DNA of 64,000 nt from Orbicella franksi (taxonomy: Eukaryota). The notes below the pieces were generated by a model, which made no database searches, had not been told where the DNA came from, and saw only the letters and a program-made list of their open reading frames with translations. Location of the stretch: contig OZ116709.1 in assembly GCA_964199315.1 (NCBI GenBank), forward strand, positions 22,940,001-23,004,000. Direction: 5' to 3'. Below are positions 1-11,087 of this stretch, one piece after another (positions within the stretch are counted from its first letter, which is position 1; every line of letters starts with the position of its first letter). Position numbers and translations under genes: made by a program.

Positions 1-2767
1 ATTTGAAGAGGGTTGGTTCGTTCCTTTTGTCTAGTTTTGTGAACATATGTGATTTCTTTATTCATAGAGAACTTGACTGTTAAACACGTGACCTTCATCA
101 GTTCGTGCGAAGCATACGGAAATGGAAAAAAAAAAAAAAATAAAATTGCGCATTAAAGAAACCAAAGCGTGTAGGCGCTGCAAGTTTATCATAATTTGTA
201 TGGCCGTAATCACTTATTTTTGCATTGAAGTTGCTGGTTTTTGTCACGATAGACAAAATGATTTCAGCTAAACGTTATTGTAAAGAAGATTACATTCAGA
301 ATGTCTCAATTGAACTTTTTCTAACAGGCAACTACAGAGAAAAAAAAATCTCTGCAAAAAGGATGGAATAAAAACACAAAACGAAACAAAACAAAACAAT
401 GAGAGTTTCATATCGGTTAATGGCATCACTGTTCAATGGGTTGGTGTTTTGATTTTTTTACTGTTGCGTTGCACTTAACACGTTTCAAAGGCCAGCGAAG
501 GCGATTGTTTGGATCTGGATTCCAAATCAACTATTTTACGCGTAAGGATTACGAAATTTTCGTGCCATTCATGTCACAAAATGATATATTGAAAAGTTCA
601 ACTGCAAACCTAACGCCCAGTCGGAAATTACACGCTCAGAGAGAGGCTTGTCTATGGCGAATCCATTTGTCCCGTGGTATTAAAGTATTAAGGTCTTAAT
701 CCTGCCAGAAAGAAAGACTAAAAGCTGGCCATTGTGTGGAAAGTCCTTTTCACTTAAAGAGGTAAAATAAATGTAAAAAAAAGCACCATTTATTCTGACG
801 TAATGGAGAACATCCAACCACTGACTGCATGCATGACACGACGAATTTTAAAGGCTTCTTTTTGTAATTATTCAGAAACGGCTTAAAACACCTGCTTAGC
901 CTGGAAGTAATGAATTTCTAAACCTTTCCTGAAAATGTAATCTGTTTTCGTTAAATTGCTTTGCACTTGCGACAGAATACCAGTTGATCAAGTGCGCGTT
1001 CTCGAAGTCTGAGCAATTAATTTTCGGCGCTACCTCATACAGTACTGATTCCAGCGACGGTCTAGAAATTACATGGCGGCCTACAAAGAATTTCAAAATG
1101 AGGTAACTTATTCTTTGCGATACTGTCAACTTTGAAAATTGATGATTATAGCTCTAGCGAAAAAAAATGTACTTAACGAGGAACGGACAACAAGAAGGAT
1201 GATTTTTACCAAAAACAGAAATTTGAATATATCTCGACGCGGGTGTAGTGAATATTCAGTAGGCGTTCTTGTCGTTCACAATTTTGTTATCACTCATATT
1301 CTAGCATATCGTAATATGAAGTTTACACGCTAATATTTAATTCAGGTACGTTGAACGTTGTCGAAGGCAGGACAGCACGATTGTAAGCTTCACTCATTTG
1401 AAAACCTCAGTTTTTATTTTCAATTAATATGGTCAATTGGGCTTCCAGGCAGAGTACACGGATTTGAATGAAAAATACCAAATTTATTTCAATGAAAGCA
1501 TAAGATCGTTCAAAGCATTCTTTGGCATTTTTTTTTTTCAAACAGTTAGAAGGTGCCTGCAACTGTCTAGTCCAACTAAAGGTTAATTCATTATGTTTTC
1601 CGGCGGTTATATTATAGGACCTTGATACAACTATAAAAATCTACTACGCCTGGTTTTATAGATCACTGTTCGGTTTTTATGTTTTTGACGTATGATAAAA
1701 TATCACGCTTACCACAATATTGATGCCATGAATATGCACCATAGTTCGTAAAATATTAAATATAACGCTCGCGGAATGAGGAAAGATTCATTAAATTTAG
1801 AGTGATTATTGAGCAAACATCGCCTCCAAATGACAAACAAACCCTCTGGACAAGTGAATGAATCTTTGCTCCGGGCAAAATTTGTTTTTCCGGCTCGGTG
1901 GCGCGAATTGTATTTCTTATCTTAAATGATGCAGATAATGCTTTAGAAAAAATAGGAAATATCCGCGCAAACTTCGAGTTAGCAAAACCAGTGACTTTTA
2001 AGGCCTCTGTTTGGCTGTGTAAATCGATTATTAAGTGATTAAAGTTGGCTGGCTGGTTTGGGCAAGTTCCAAAGTTCGATTCGTTTATATTTTTAGAAAA
2101 ATAAATTGATTGTTTCTTGAAAGAACCATCATGAATCAGGGAAAAGTACTTTGATGAAAACGTTTAGCGCTGGGAGATCGTAATCAATGAATATTCAACT
2201 GCTAATTTTTAGTAAGAAGAAAATATTAGTTTTTCTTTTTTTATGATTTGTAATTCCCAAAGTACTTTTGTCGCAAAAATGTTTGTCCCAGAATTTATAA
2301 TCTTTAATTCGTTGTTTTCTGACTCTCGAACACAGAAACTACGGTGAAATTTTTTAACTCTGTGGGGTGTCTTACACATGAGGAAAACTCTGCACAAATA
2401 ACTGTTTTTTTTAAGTTTTGTTTTCTCTTTAATAATCCTCGTCGATGCCCTTTAAGCTTCTTTAATACGATTTATAGTCCAGGTTTAAGTCTAAGTTATT
2501 AAGATATGTCATTTATAACGCGATATCACTATGTAATCTATTTTCCTATTGGTTTAAACTTTTAACACGCTCAATAACTTTTTTAAACTGTTAGGTAACA
2601 CCGATTGGTCGGTGTTGGTACGCCAGATTTTCGGGATTAGTCCGCTAAACTCGTCACAAAATCAAATTCTGCTTTTGTATTCGCTCAAGAATAAGATTTC
2701 CAATAGCTTCATTTCTATCGACGTCTTTGTTGATTGTATTGATAGTTTCTAACATCCCTTTTGTCAA

Positions 2768-2827
2768 TCTCGTTCCCAGCGTCCTATCTCTATCTCGCAG
2801 AAGAGAGAGGACCCTGGGAACAAGGTT
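2768..2827. repeat. Short palindromic MITE-like element (AACCTCGTTCCCAG...CTGGGAACGAGGTT type)
   Basis: aatctcgttcccag...ctgggaacaaggtt forms a hairpin. Related copies lie at ~24385-24447 (aacctcaatcccaggctctc...gagagcctgggatcaaggtt) and, as a half copy, at ~37240-37261. Confidence 0.6.
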
Positions 2828-2855
2828 TCCCTTTCGGTCGGGGTCACCTGTTTAA

Positions 2856-3309
2856 GGTCGTTCCCCAGTATTGCATTGCGCATCCCTACTGCGCATAATT
2901 TAGCGCGTGATTAGCTCGCGCGCATTGTAAAATGGCGGCTTTTTTTCTACGGCTGAACCTCGCCATAGAGGTAAATCGTCATTTTCTCGCAAACGAGTAT
3001 GGTGACCTATCATTTTTTTCTGTTATTTTGAATTGAGTAATAAATTTCTCTGTGTAAAATAAATATGGACCAATTCTCAGTGTAAAGCAAAAACAATTGT
3101 CGGAAACGTGAATTTAGCAAGTAATCGTGACTACAATCATGGTGCTATTATAAGGATTAATTATTGGGTATAACCAAGGTGCTTTTGCTCCTAAACGAAC
3201 ATGAGGACCCCTCATTTTTATTTCAAAATTTAAGTTCCTATAATATAAACAATCAATAGGCAAAGTTTCACAAAACTCTCAGTGCAGGGTCTATTTCAGC
3301 GGAATGACC
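2856..3309. mobile_element. Non-autonomous DNA transposon with TTAA target duplication (Kolobok-like)
   Basis: TTAA at 2852-2855 and 3310-3313 flank short imperfect TIRs GGTCGTTCC...GGAATGACC; no ORF. The superfamily is inferred from TTAA plus RR...YY termini. Confidence 0.5.
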
Positions 3310-4229
3310 TTAAGTATTGACTGAGCACGCGATTTTGTCAGTGACGGGATTTCAAGCAACTGGCATATCACCGTGGCAACAATAATCATTAATCATTTGA
3401 CGTCGTAACCGTGGTTTCTGATTGGTTGTAAATTCTACGGTTATGTTTACGAAATTTGCCCGAAAATGCTTGTTCCTTAACCCTGGTGCTATCAGGTATC
3501 GTTTCGTTCTACTGAAGAAACCATTCGTTATTGAGAAAAATATTAAAGAAAGGCTGTGAATGTAAGGTCGCGAAAAGTTCGCGACCTTCACCTTCCAGTC
3601 AAAAATAGCAGAAATTGCGAAATCATATTGGCAAACCTGTTGTTTCTTAAACCTGTTGTTTCTTAGCAACAAGAAACAAAAACGCCGGCTTAATCCATTC
3701 TATCCCAACTAAAAAAAGATTTTCAACAAGAGCGCAGGTTACCGGCAATAAACTGAGGTAACTTTGCATGTGCAGGTTTAGCCTTTCTGATCTTTTTTTC
3801 TCTTGATCATTCGTAGCCGATGGGAGGGTGTTCCTCGGCAGTATCCCCGGAGGACCCGAACGGACAACAAGCTGGTAAGACCACCTGGTGCGCATGCTGT
3901 GGCGCTAGGTGAGTTGTTTGGTGAATTTTTTTTACTCGTCCGGATTAACAAGAGTGACAACAAAAATCGTTGTCATTTTAGTTGTTGTTGTAATCCTCGA
4001 AAATGCCGAGCCGGCGAACGTCAGCGTTTATTTGTCTTGCCATATTAATTTAAGTGCAAGTGAAATAATTTTTGTGACAGCATTTTTCATAGATTCGGAG
4101 CGGTGAAGATCGACTACTCTCGCTCATAAAAGTGACTATGTTTTCCGCGTTGCCAAAAATGAGAATTCAATATCTGTAGGTGACGTGGTGACGTGGCGAC
4201 GTGTGTAGGAATTGTCTAAGGGAAATACA

Positions 4230-6905
4230 ATGGAGTGCACCCTGATTAACGAGGCTTTTAAGCACCACGCGTCTTCGTCCGGGGAACTGAGTGAAGAAAT
4301 TAGGATGTCATTTCGTCCCAGCAAACTCAAACACGTTATCATTAATAAAGGAAATATTTTACGGTTACTTTTATTTAGACGAGGCGGTCACTGTTTTAGG
4401 TAAAATGTGATACCTTCCATAAAAAAAAATTACGTTTACGACAATTAACTGCAAAGGGAGCCGGAGAAAAATGAAAACCTTCATAGTTTTATTTACAGTT
4501 ATGAAAAGCTGTTAAAGTGCGTATTTTCCCCGACTTTTCACTTAGCGGGGAATGAAAAATAACCGGTTCCTTATGCACTGATCAACGGCATGTTTGAGAC
4601 TGAAAATTCAAACTCATACCCGGCATGATTCGCGAGAAAGAACATTTCCATCGTGAGAACAATAATCATTGCAGCCCACTTCACTTACTATCCTCAAATT
4701 AGTATCGTTCCGTAATTATTGCTTTCATAAGTACGTAATTAAACTTTAACATCTGAGCAGGTATTCTAACATGTATCTATTCCTAACAGACAAGACTCTA
4801 CAGCGGCACTGTTGGCCAAAAAAGAGAAAGACCTCGACTGCGAAAGGTAATTAATTTGCGGCGGCATAAAGAGTCCGATGGTTGTGATTACATTAAAAAG
4901 AACGGTTTGTTTCGAAATAAAGAGGCGAGTTACCAATTTAGATAATTTAACTCACTGAGGCCTGTACTGTCCATACAGATAATTTACGCCTCATTATTCT
5001 TTTCGAGAATGAAAGTTTTTGCGATTTTCGCGGATTGAACGCAGTTACGAAAAATCGTCAAGTTAAGGAAAAATCGCAAACGGAAAATCGCAAAATTTGT
5101 TAACTTTGCACCTGAAACGAAAAATCGTAAAATTTGTAATTGCGTTTAATGCTGGAGGTAAGTGGAATAAAAAGGGGCCATGAAAATGAAAAACGTAAGG
5201 TTTAGAACCCTGTTACATGTACAGTGGAACCTATATATAACGAAGGGCCAAGGGACTGACAAAAATATGTTCGCTGTATCGAGGTTTCGTTATATCGGGG
5301 TTCTTTTTCATATCCTTTACTGGGGCGAGGAAGTATCGTTCGTTATACCGAGGACTTCGTTATATAGAGGTTCCACTGACTTTTACGAAGAGAAATTTGA
5401 CACAGTGATTCTGCAAGAGGTCCTTTTAACTTAAAATAAAACTTCTAGGAAAAAACACAAATAACAACGTGAAATGACTAAATTCTACGTTGTGTGGAGA
5501 ACGTAAACCACGACGGATAATATTTAAAATTGATATTTCGAATTTTACATTACGCTGTATTCCATATTTAGTTTCGTGATAGTTTTGACAGAGAGAAACA
5601 AATTAAATTACTTTAGAGTATTGCTGGATTCGTAAGTAAAATTTATATTCGTTTTTTTAATCAACTTTGTCCTCGGCGTGGCGATCGTAGTTTACTTAAA
5701 CTCATTTAAACTCATTAAATTTACTGCGCCACGGTATTAACGACTCTTCTCCCTCAATTTACAGGCCCTCTCCTGAAGAGGCTAAAAAATGGGCGACGTC
5801 GTTTGAATCGGTGTTGAAACACAAGTTTGGTGTGCAGTTATTTCAAGACTTTCTTCGTTCACAATACGGAGAGGAGAACCTTAATTTCTGGCTAGCGGTA
5901 GAGGAATACAAGAAAGCAGATGATAACACTCGAGCAGAAAAAGCCAGGGTGATCTATGAGGACTATGTCTCTACGCTGTCACCCACAGAGGTAAGTTAAA
6001 TTTTCTAATTCTTGCTTGAATGATCGAATCATTTTAAAAAATTGGTGCACTTCTATCGAGTTTTAGTACGCATCTACTAACTTTCTCTGACGAATGCCGT
6101 TCTCTTATTGAATACTCGACTCGTTATCTATTCTGTTGTTGATGGTGAGTAACCTAGCAGTGTGCCCTTGTTGACAAAATGGCGGCCACTTCTTTGCGTT
6201 TTCAAAGTGTCTGTGAAGAGGATTTAGACAAAGTGTGAGCGGCTGGTAGATTTGTACTGTCTAAAACAATTAGATTATTCCCTCTCGGTTGCAATGCGTG
6301 ATAGTTGACTCGGGTAACCATGACGAGTTAAAAATCTCGACCTCATAATCTAATAGTTAAATGGATGCACACGGGAGTTAGGGGAGCATTACACAAGCAT
6401 AATAATTTCCCGAGCGATATCTGAGAGTAGTTCGAACTTCTCGAGTCCTCACCAAACTCCCCAAGTACATCAAGAACTCAAGACACCAAAAACAGGAATA
6501 TTTCTATAACATAACAACAGAGGTTAGAAATAAGCTAGAAACAACTTCTACTTCCGTTCTTGAAATCAAATTCTCTTTTATGCGAATTATAGATAAAAGA
6601 AATATTTCTGCCACGTTTTCATCGTTTTTGTGAATGCTTTGTGGGGCTACTGAGCAATCCCTACCGAACGACCTTCAAGTAAACGTTAGCACGTATTACG
6701 TGCCTACCCGTTCAATCTGTGTTCTTTTTCTTCGCAGGTAAGCATCGACGCCAAAGTACGAGCAGAAATCGACAAAAATATGAGTAATCCAGACAACGAC
6801 ACTTTTCAAGTGGCACAGGACCATATATTTACTCTTATGTACCATGACTGTTTTCCAAGATTTATCAAATCGAAACATTACAAACAGCTTTTGAAGAGAC
6901 ATTAA
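4230..6905 (+). CDS. Regulator of G-protein signalling, RZ family (RGS17/19/20-like), ~206 aa
   Basis: Exons 4230-4399, 4790-4846, 5765-5990 and 6738-6905, all GT-AG with matching phases. RGS box: EENLNFWLAVEEYKK...KARVIYEDYVSTLSPTE|VSIDAKVR...AQDHIFTLMYHDCFPRFIKS. The first exon is the least certain part. Confidence 0.9.
5222..5378. mobile_element. MITE, Tc1/mariner-pogo-like (CAGTGGAACC termini), in RGS intron
   Basis: ~24-bp TIRs cagtggaacctatatataacgaag / cttcgttatatagaggttccactg, TA on the left flank, internal ttcgttata repeats. Confidence 0.75.
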
Positions 6906-7122
6906 TCACTGCTTTCATGCACTAAAGAAGATTTATTTATAAAGCTCCGTGGATGCTATCACTTCAGGACTTCAAACTCAGGCCAAGACAAAGACTGCAT
7001 TGGTTTAAATTTTGATGAAACGTCTTCAGCAAAATACCTCAAGCTCTCTGATCGACTTCTGATATTTTTTAGCTCAATATGCAGTTCTCTAATATACTTC
7101 TTAAACTCTTCTTGTAGCTGGT

Positions 7123-7391
7123 CCGGGTTGTTCAAAGCCCGATTAGGCTAACCGGATTAACTAACAGGATTAACTAACTAACAGGATTAGCGAGAATTTT
7201 GATCGCAGTTTTGAAACTTTTTCGGTTCGGTGAGCTTTTCTGTTGATATTGTTCGTCCTTCAGTTTTGAGTTTAAATAATCTCAAACTACACAAAACATA
7301 GGCAGTGAAAAACATTTTTATACAAGAAAAATTAATATTTCGGTTAACTTTTAATCCTGGGCTAGCGTTAACCGGCATTCGAACAACCCGG
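7123..7391. mobile_element. MITE with GGTTGTTC-type TIRs (PIF/Harbinger-like)
   Basis: ccgggttgttcaaa ... ttcgaacaacccgg; small internal tandem duplications (aactaacaggatt). Confidence 0.65.
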
Positions 7392-9021
7392 CGCACCGTA
7401 TGAAGAATTTCATCATTGAACAAAACACCATCCCTTGTTGTCACGCAATCCTCCCTCAAGGTTAGCGTTGCGTGATGGAGGCCCAGACACTGGCCGCATT
7501 GGGTGCTTTCCATTATGCTAGACCAATCGATTAGAGACCATTGGGACGACATTTTCCGTTCAAACCGGGCCAACCGAGAGGGATGGCTTTTTCCATTCTC
7601 TATTCCCATTCTCAATTTCCCACACGAGTGGAGAAGTAGAGCGACGAACTGGTTTGGTAAAATGTAACGGGCAAATTTCGGTCTGACTGATCAAAATGGA
7701 CAACCTCCAGAGGTTGTCCTGAATGACCCGGTCGGACCGAACCGTAACAGACCGTGCTACTTAACTTCCCACCAAAATTTCCAAAATTTTTGGCATAATG
7801 GCAAGCACTCAGTTTCTCTGGGAAAACGCCTCGACTGAAAAAGTATGAAAAATAGTGTAGGGAATTTCCAACTCCATCTCACGATCAAAGAGCATCACTT
7901 TACATCATTTAAAACTATCAAATGTGTAAATATAACGTCTTTCGACTAAAATCATCGATGTTGCTAACGCTCACCATACTGACGTTCGAAACTTCAGCTG
8001 TTATCCACGTTGCGGTTAGTCCTAAGATCAGAAACTCTCTTCTCCTTTCTGATATCCATGCATTTTACAACAGCCACTAGGAGGCTTTGCAGTAGTGCTT
8101 TAAGGAGAATTTTGATATTGACCACTCTTGGGTTCCATGGAATATTTTGGCAACATTCCGCACATTAATCCACATGTAAAAATGTAATCTCAAGATGCAA
8201 TTTTTCACGCAGGTCGCGATTGTTTCGAAAATTGCATGTTCTATATTTTGGCGGTTACGGAAAGATCGCAAAAAAATATTATTGAATCAAATTCCGATTT
8301 TAGTACGAATTTTAGTTCGTCATGCTATTGCCTTACACGTGATAAAAAGAGTTTCAAACATTATCGAGATATGTTATTTATTTCGTCCCAGCCGCAGACA
8401 GAGCAAAAGGAGAAAATAGGTTTACCGTGGAAATCACTGTAGAGAAAATGTCTGTAAATAGGCCACACGTAGTAGTACAAACACCTTGTTTCTTTGAGAC
8501 ATCGGCTGGCCGGCCAGATTACTGTACAACTCTATGTACTTGCAATGAAAATTGCTTATTTATATGAAGAATAATTCATTAAGAAAATGACATGACTAAT
8601 GATGACATGAACAAATTTAAAATAATTGTAATAAGATGAATTGAATGACATTGTAAATAGGACAAAGGTCATTGTGATGAGAAATAATTAAGCTCTTTTT
8701 CCCGAGCCATGACCTTCAACCGAATTTGTACAGAAAGTTATTGTAGACTTGTGAAATAAAAAGGCGTGGGTGTTGATCAGGCTCATTAGTTTTTTCATAT
8801 TTCTTTAGTTAAATAAACTGACGAAAATTAAAATCTAGTTTTCTAGTTTTCTATCCCGCTAAGCTAATGCGATTTTTCGCGAGATCGGCATTGGTTTATT
8901 CATGGCTCGGCCGCCTCGCACGAGCTTGTATTCGGTGATCATGCGGGGAAAACACTTTGTTAGCAAATCTCTGTTACACCTGTTGAGTGGTAAGGTCTAT
9001 AATAAGTAATAAATAAACCGT

Positions 9022-9250
9022 GTTAGCGTGGTTTTCAAAAAACTAATTGGTTCTTGCATTACTATGCTATACCTCTGATTAGCTGAAAAACTCGCGCCAC
9101 TTTTTCATCCAATCAGAAAGTGAAACAGGAACCAATCGTGCCTCGCTTGCACGCGTTTTCTCGCGCTTTGCGTCAGCTGCGTTTATTGACTTCGAGTTTT
9201 GATTGGTTCATTGGATCGTCTGTGTCTTTTGCGGTTGACCAGTGATAACG
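9022..9250. repeat. Dispersed repeat family (TAGAGCGGTTTTC...GAAAACCGCTCTA type MITE), degenerate copy
   Basis: Shares aaaaactcgcgccactttttcatccaatcagaa and ttttgattggttc, in reverse orientation, with 35020-35292 and ~58335-58600. Confidence 0.6.
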
Positions 9251-9317
9251 TGCGGTCAAGGTTGTTACGGGTGTGAAGATCAGAGCTACAGGTGAATCAA
9301 AAAACAAAAAAAATTAA

Positions 9318-9780
9318 CCCTAAGCTAACTCATACCCCCCCGTGGTACAAGAGGGAAGGGGTGGATGGAACCCCTCCCCCTTGGGTTTTCCCTCTGCTAA
9401 GGCAGAGCAAAATAAATTTACATTGATTAGATAGCTCTGAGCTTGCTCTATAAGTTGGTACCATTGTTGTTGGTTATGACGTCATATGATTGAATTACAC
9501 TGTTTTATAAAAAAATCGAGAAATAACGGAAACTGACACAAAATCAAGCCAGAATGCTTACAAAATGAACAAATTCATGAATTTCTGCAATTTGATGAAG
9601 AAGACTGGGACTGGGAAAAATACAGAATTATCTCAAAAAAAGCCGATTCTTGGCAAGACCTATATGAAATATGATGGTTGCCATGGTACAACTGACATGA
9701 ATGAAGGAACAACTACTGAAAGTTTTCAAAACTTTGAAAAACTTTGAAAAAACCTCCCCCCCACCTTGTACATCTGAGGT
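9318..9780. mobile_element. Non-autonomous element between TTAA sites (piggyBac-like termini)
   Basis: ttaa|ccct... at 9314-9321 and ...ctgaggt|ttaa at 9781-9784; subterminal gtacaag/cttgtac inverted motifs; no credible ORF. Confidence 0.45.
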
Positions 9781-10325
9781 TTAATAATGCCAGCGCTGAT
9801 TATAATAACACAAAATTCTCCCTAAACACATGAAATTTCAAGTATAATCGACTTTAATTGTTTATTTAAATTTTTTTTCAGACACAACGATCTCTTTAAT
9901 CAAACTTGTTGCATACATACACCCTTTACAGATTGAACAATATTTATTACGTTTGCCCACTGGATCAAGGAATCACAATGAAACTTACCATAAAAACTTT
10001 TACAAATGTCCCCTAGATTCCATAGTTTTCAATAAATACAGCTAAATTGTAATCCTGTCAGTGTTGGACTCTTTTATACCTCAGACTGTCAGTATTGCTA
10101 AGGCAAACTCTTTACAAAGATTGTGGAACAAGTACAATATCAAATAAATCAAGTTAAGCAAGCCTGCTTGAAAGAAAGTACTGGCACATGTAGCTGTTTC
10201 ATTCTCAATGGAAGTCTTGGCTTTGGTTCACATACCAGCAAACTTGCTTTGCTTTTTTTCTACACATGTACACAAGCCTTGGGAAACAGAGAAAAATTTG
10301 GTTCTAAATGACTTGGTAGGGAGGG

Positions 10326-10469
10326 GGTTGTTGGAAAGGTGGATAATGCTATCGGAATCCACCAGATAAATCACTATCCAGCGGATAGTGTGGTTTGTTT
10401 TGTTAACACTTATCTACTGGATAGCTATTTATAATCCAGTGGATAGCATTATCCAGCCTTCGAACAACC
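10326..10469. mobile_element. Palindromic MITE (GGTTGTTC/GGATA-repeat type) in the putative TFIIS 3' UTR
   Basis: 28-bp TIRs with ~3 mismatches: ggttgttggaaaggtggataatgctatc / gatagcattatccagccttcgaacaacc. Confidence 0.75.
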
Positions 10470-10792
10470 AGAGCCTGTTCTTGGAACTGTCTGTATGGCA
10501 ATACAGCTTAAATAGTTTGCATTATAATACTAGCCCATAGCAAGTTCAAAACAGACCATACTCTCTCAAAGACAAGGTACATGAGCAAACCTTACAAACT
10601 TGCATGCAATTATCTATTTTCATTTCCCACTAGTGGCTAAAATGATAAGTTACACTATTAACTACCAAAAGGTACCGCAACGGGAATTATCTAATCTAGA
10701 ATGGTTTGCATGTGATTCTACAAGTTATTGCCGCAGAATACCAGGTCAAACCCGACTCACAAAAAAGACAAATTCAGCTGAAAGTTTTATCG

Positions 10793-11047
10793 TCAGCAGA
10801 ACTGTGGAAAGAGAGAAGAAAAAGCATTAGGTATCTATGTTTTGTACACATCTACAATGTACCATTGTTTCAATCTGGACTTATTTAACAATACTGGTTT
10901 CCTATGAGTGAAATGCCACTGAGGCAAGGGCAAGTACATGTAATCTGTAAAATAAGTATTGTTATATGTACTCACTCTAAAGGATTGCAGTCCACAAACT
11001 GCAATTTTGTTCCCCCCCCCCCCAAAATAATAACAATAATAATAATG

Positions 11048-11087
<40 letters not shown>

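Noticed and set aside
7187-7615. 142-aa minus-strand ORF
   Set aside because: Spans a MITE and other repeat fragments; no recognisable domain or splice context.
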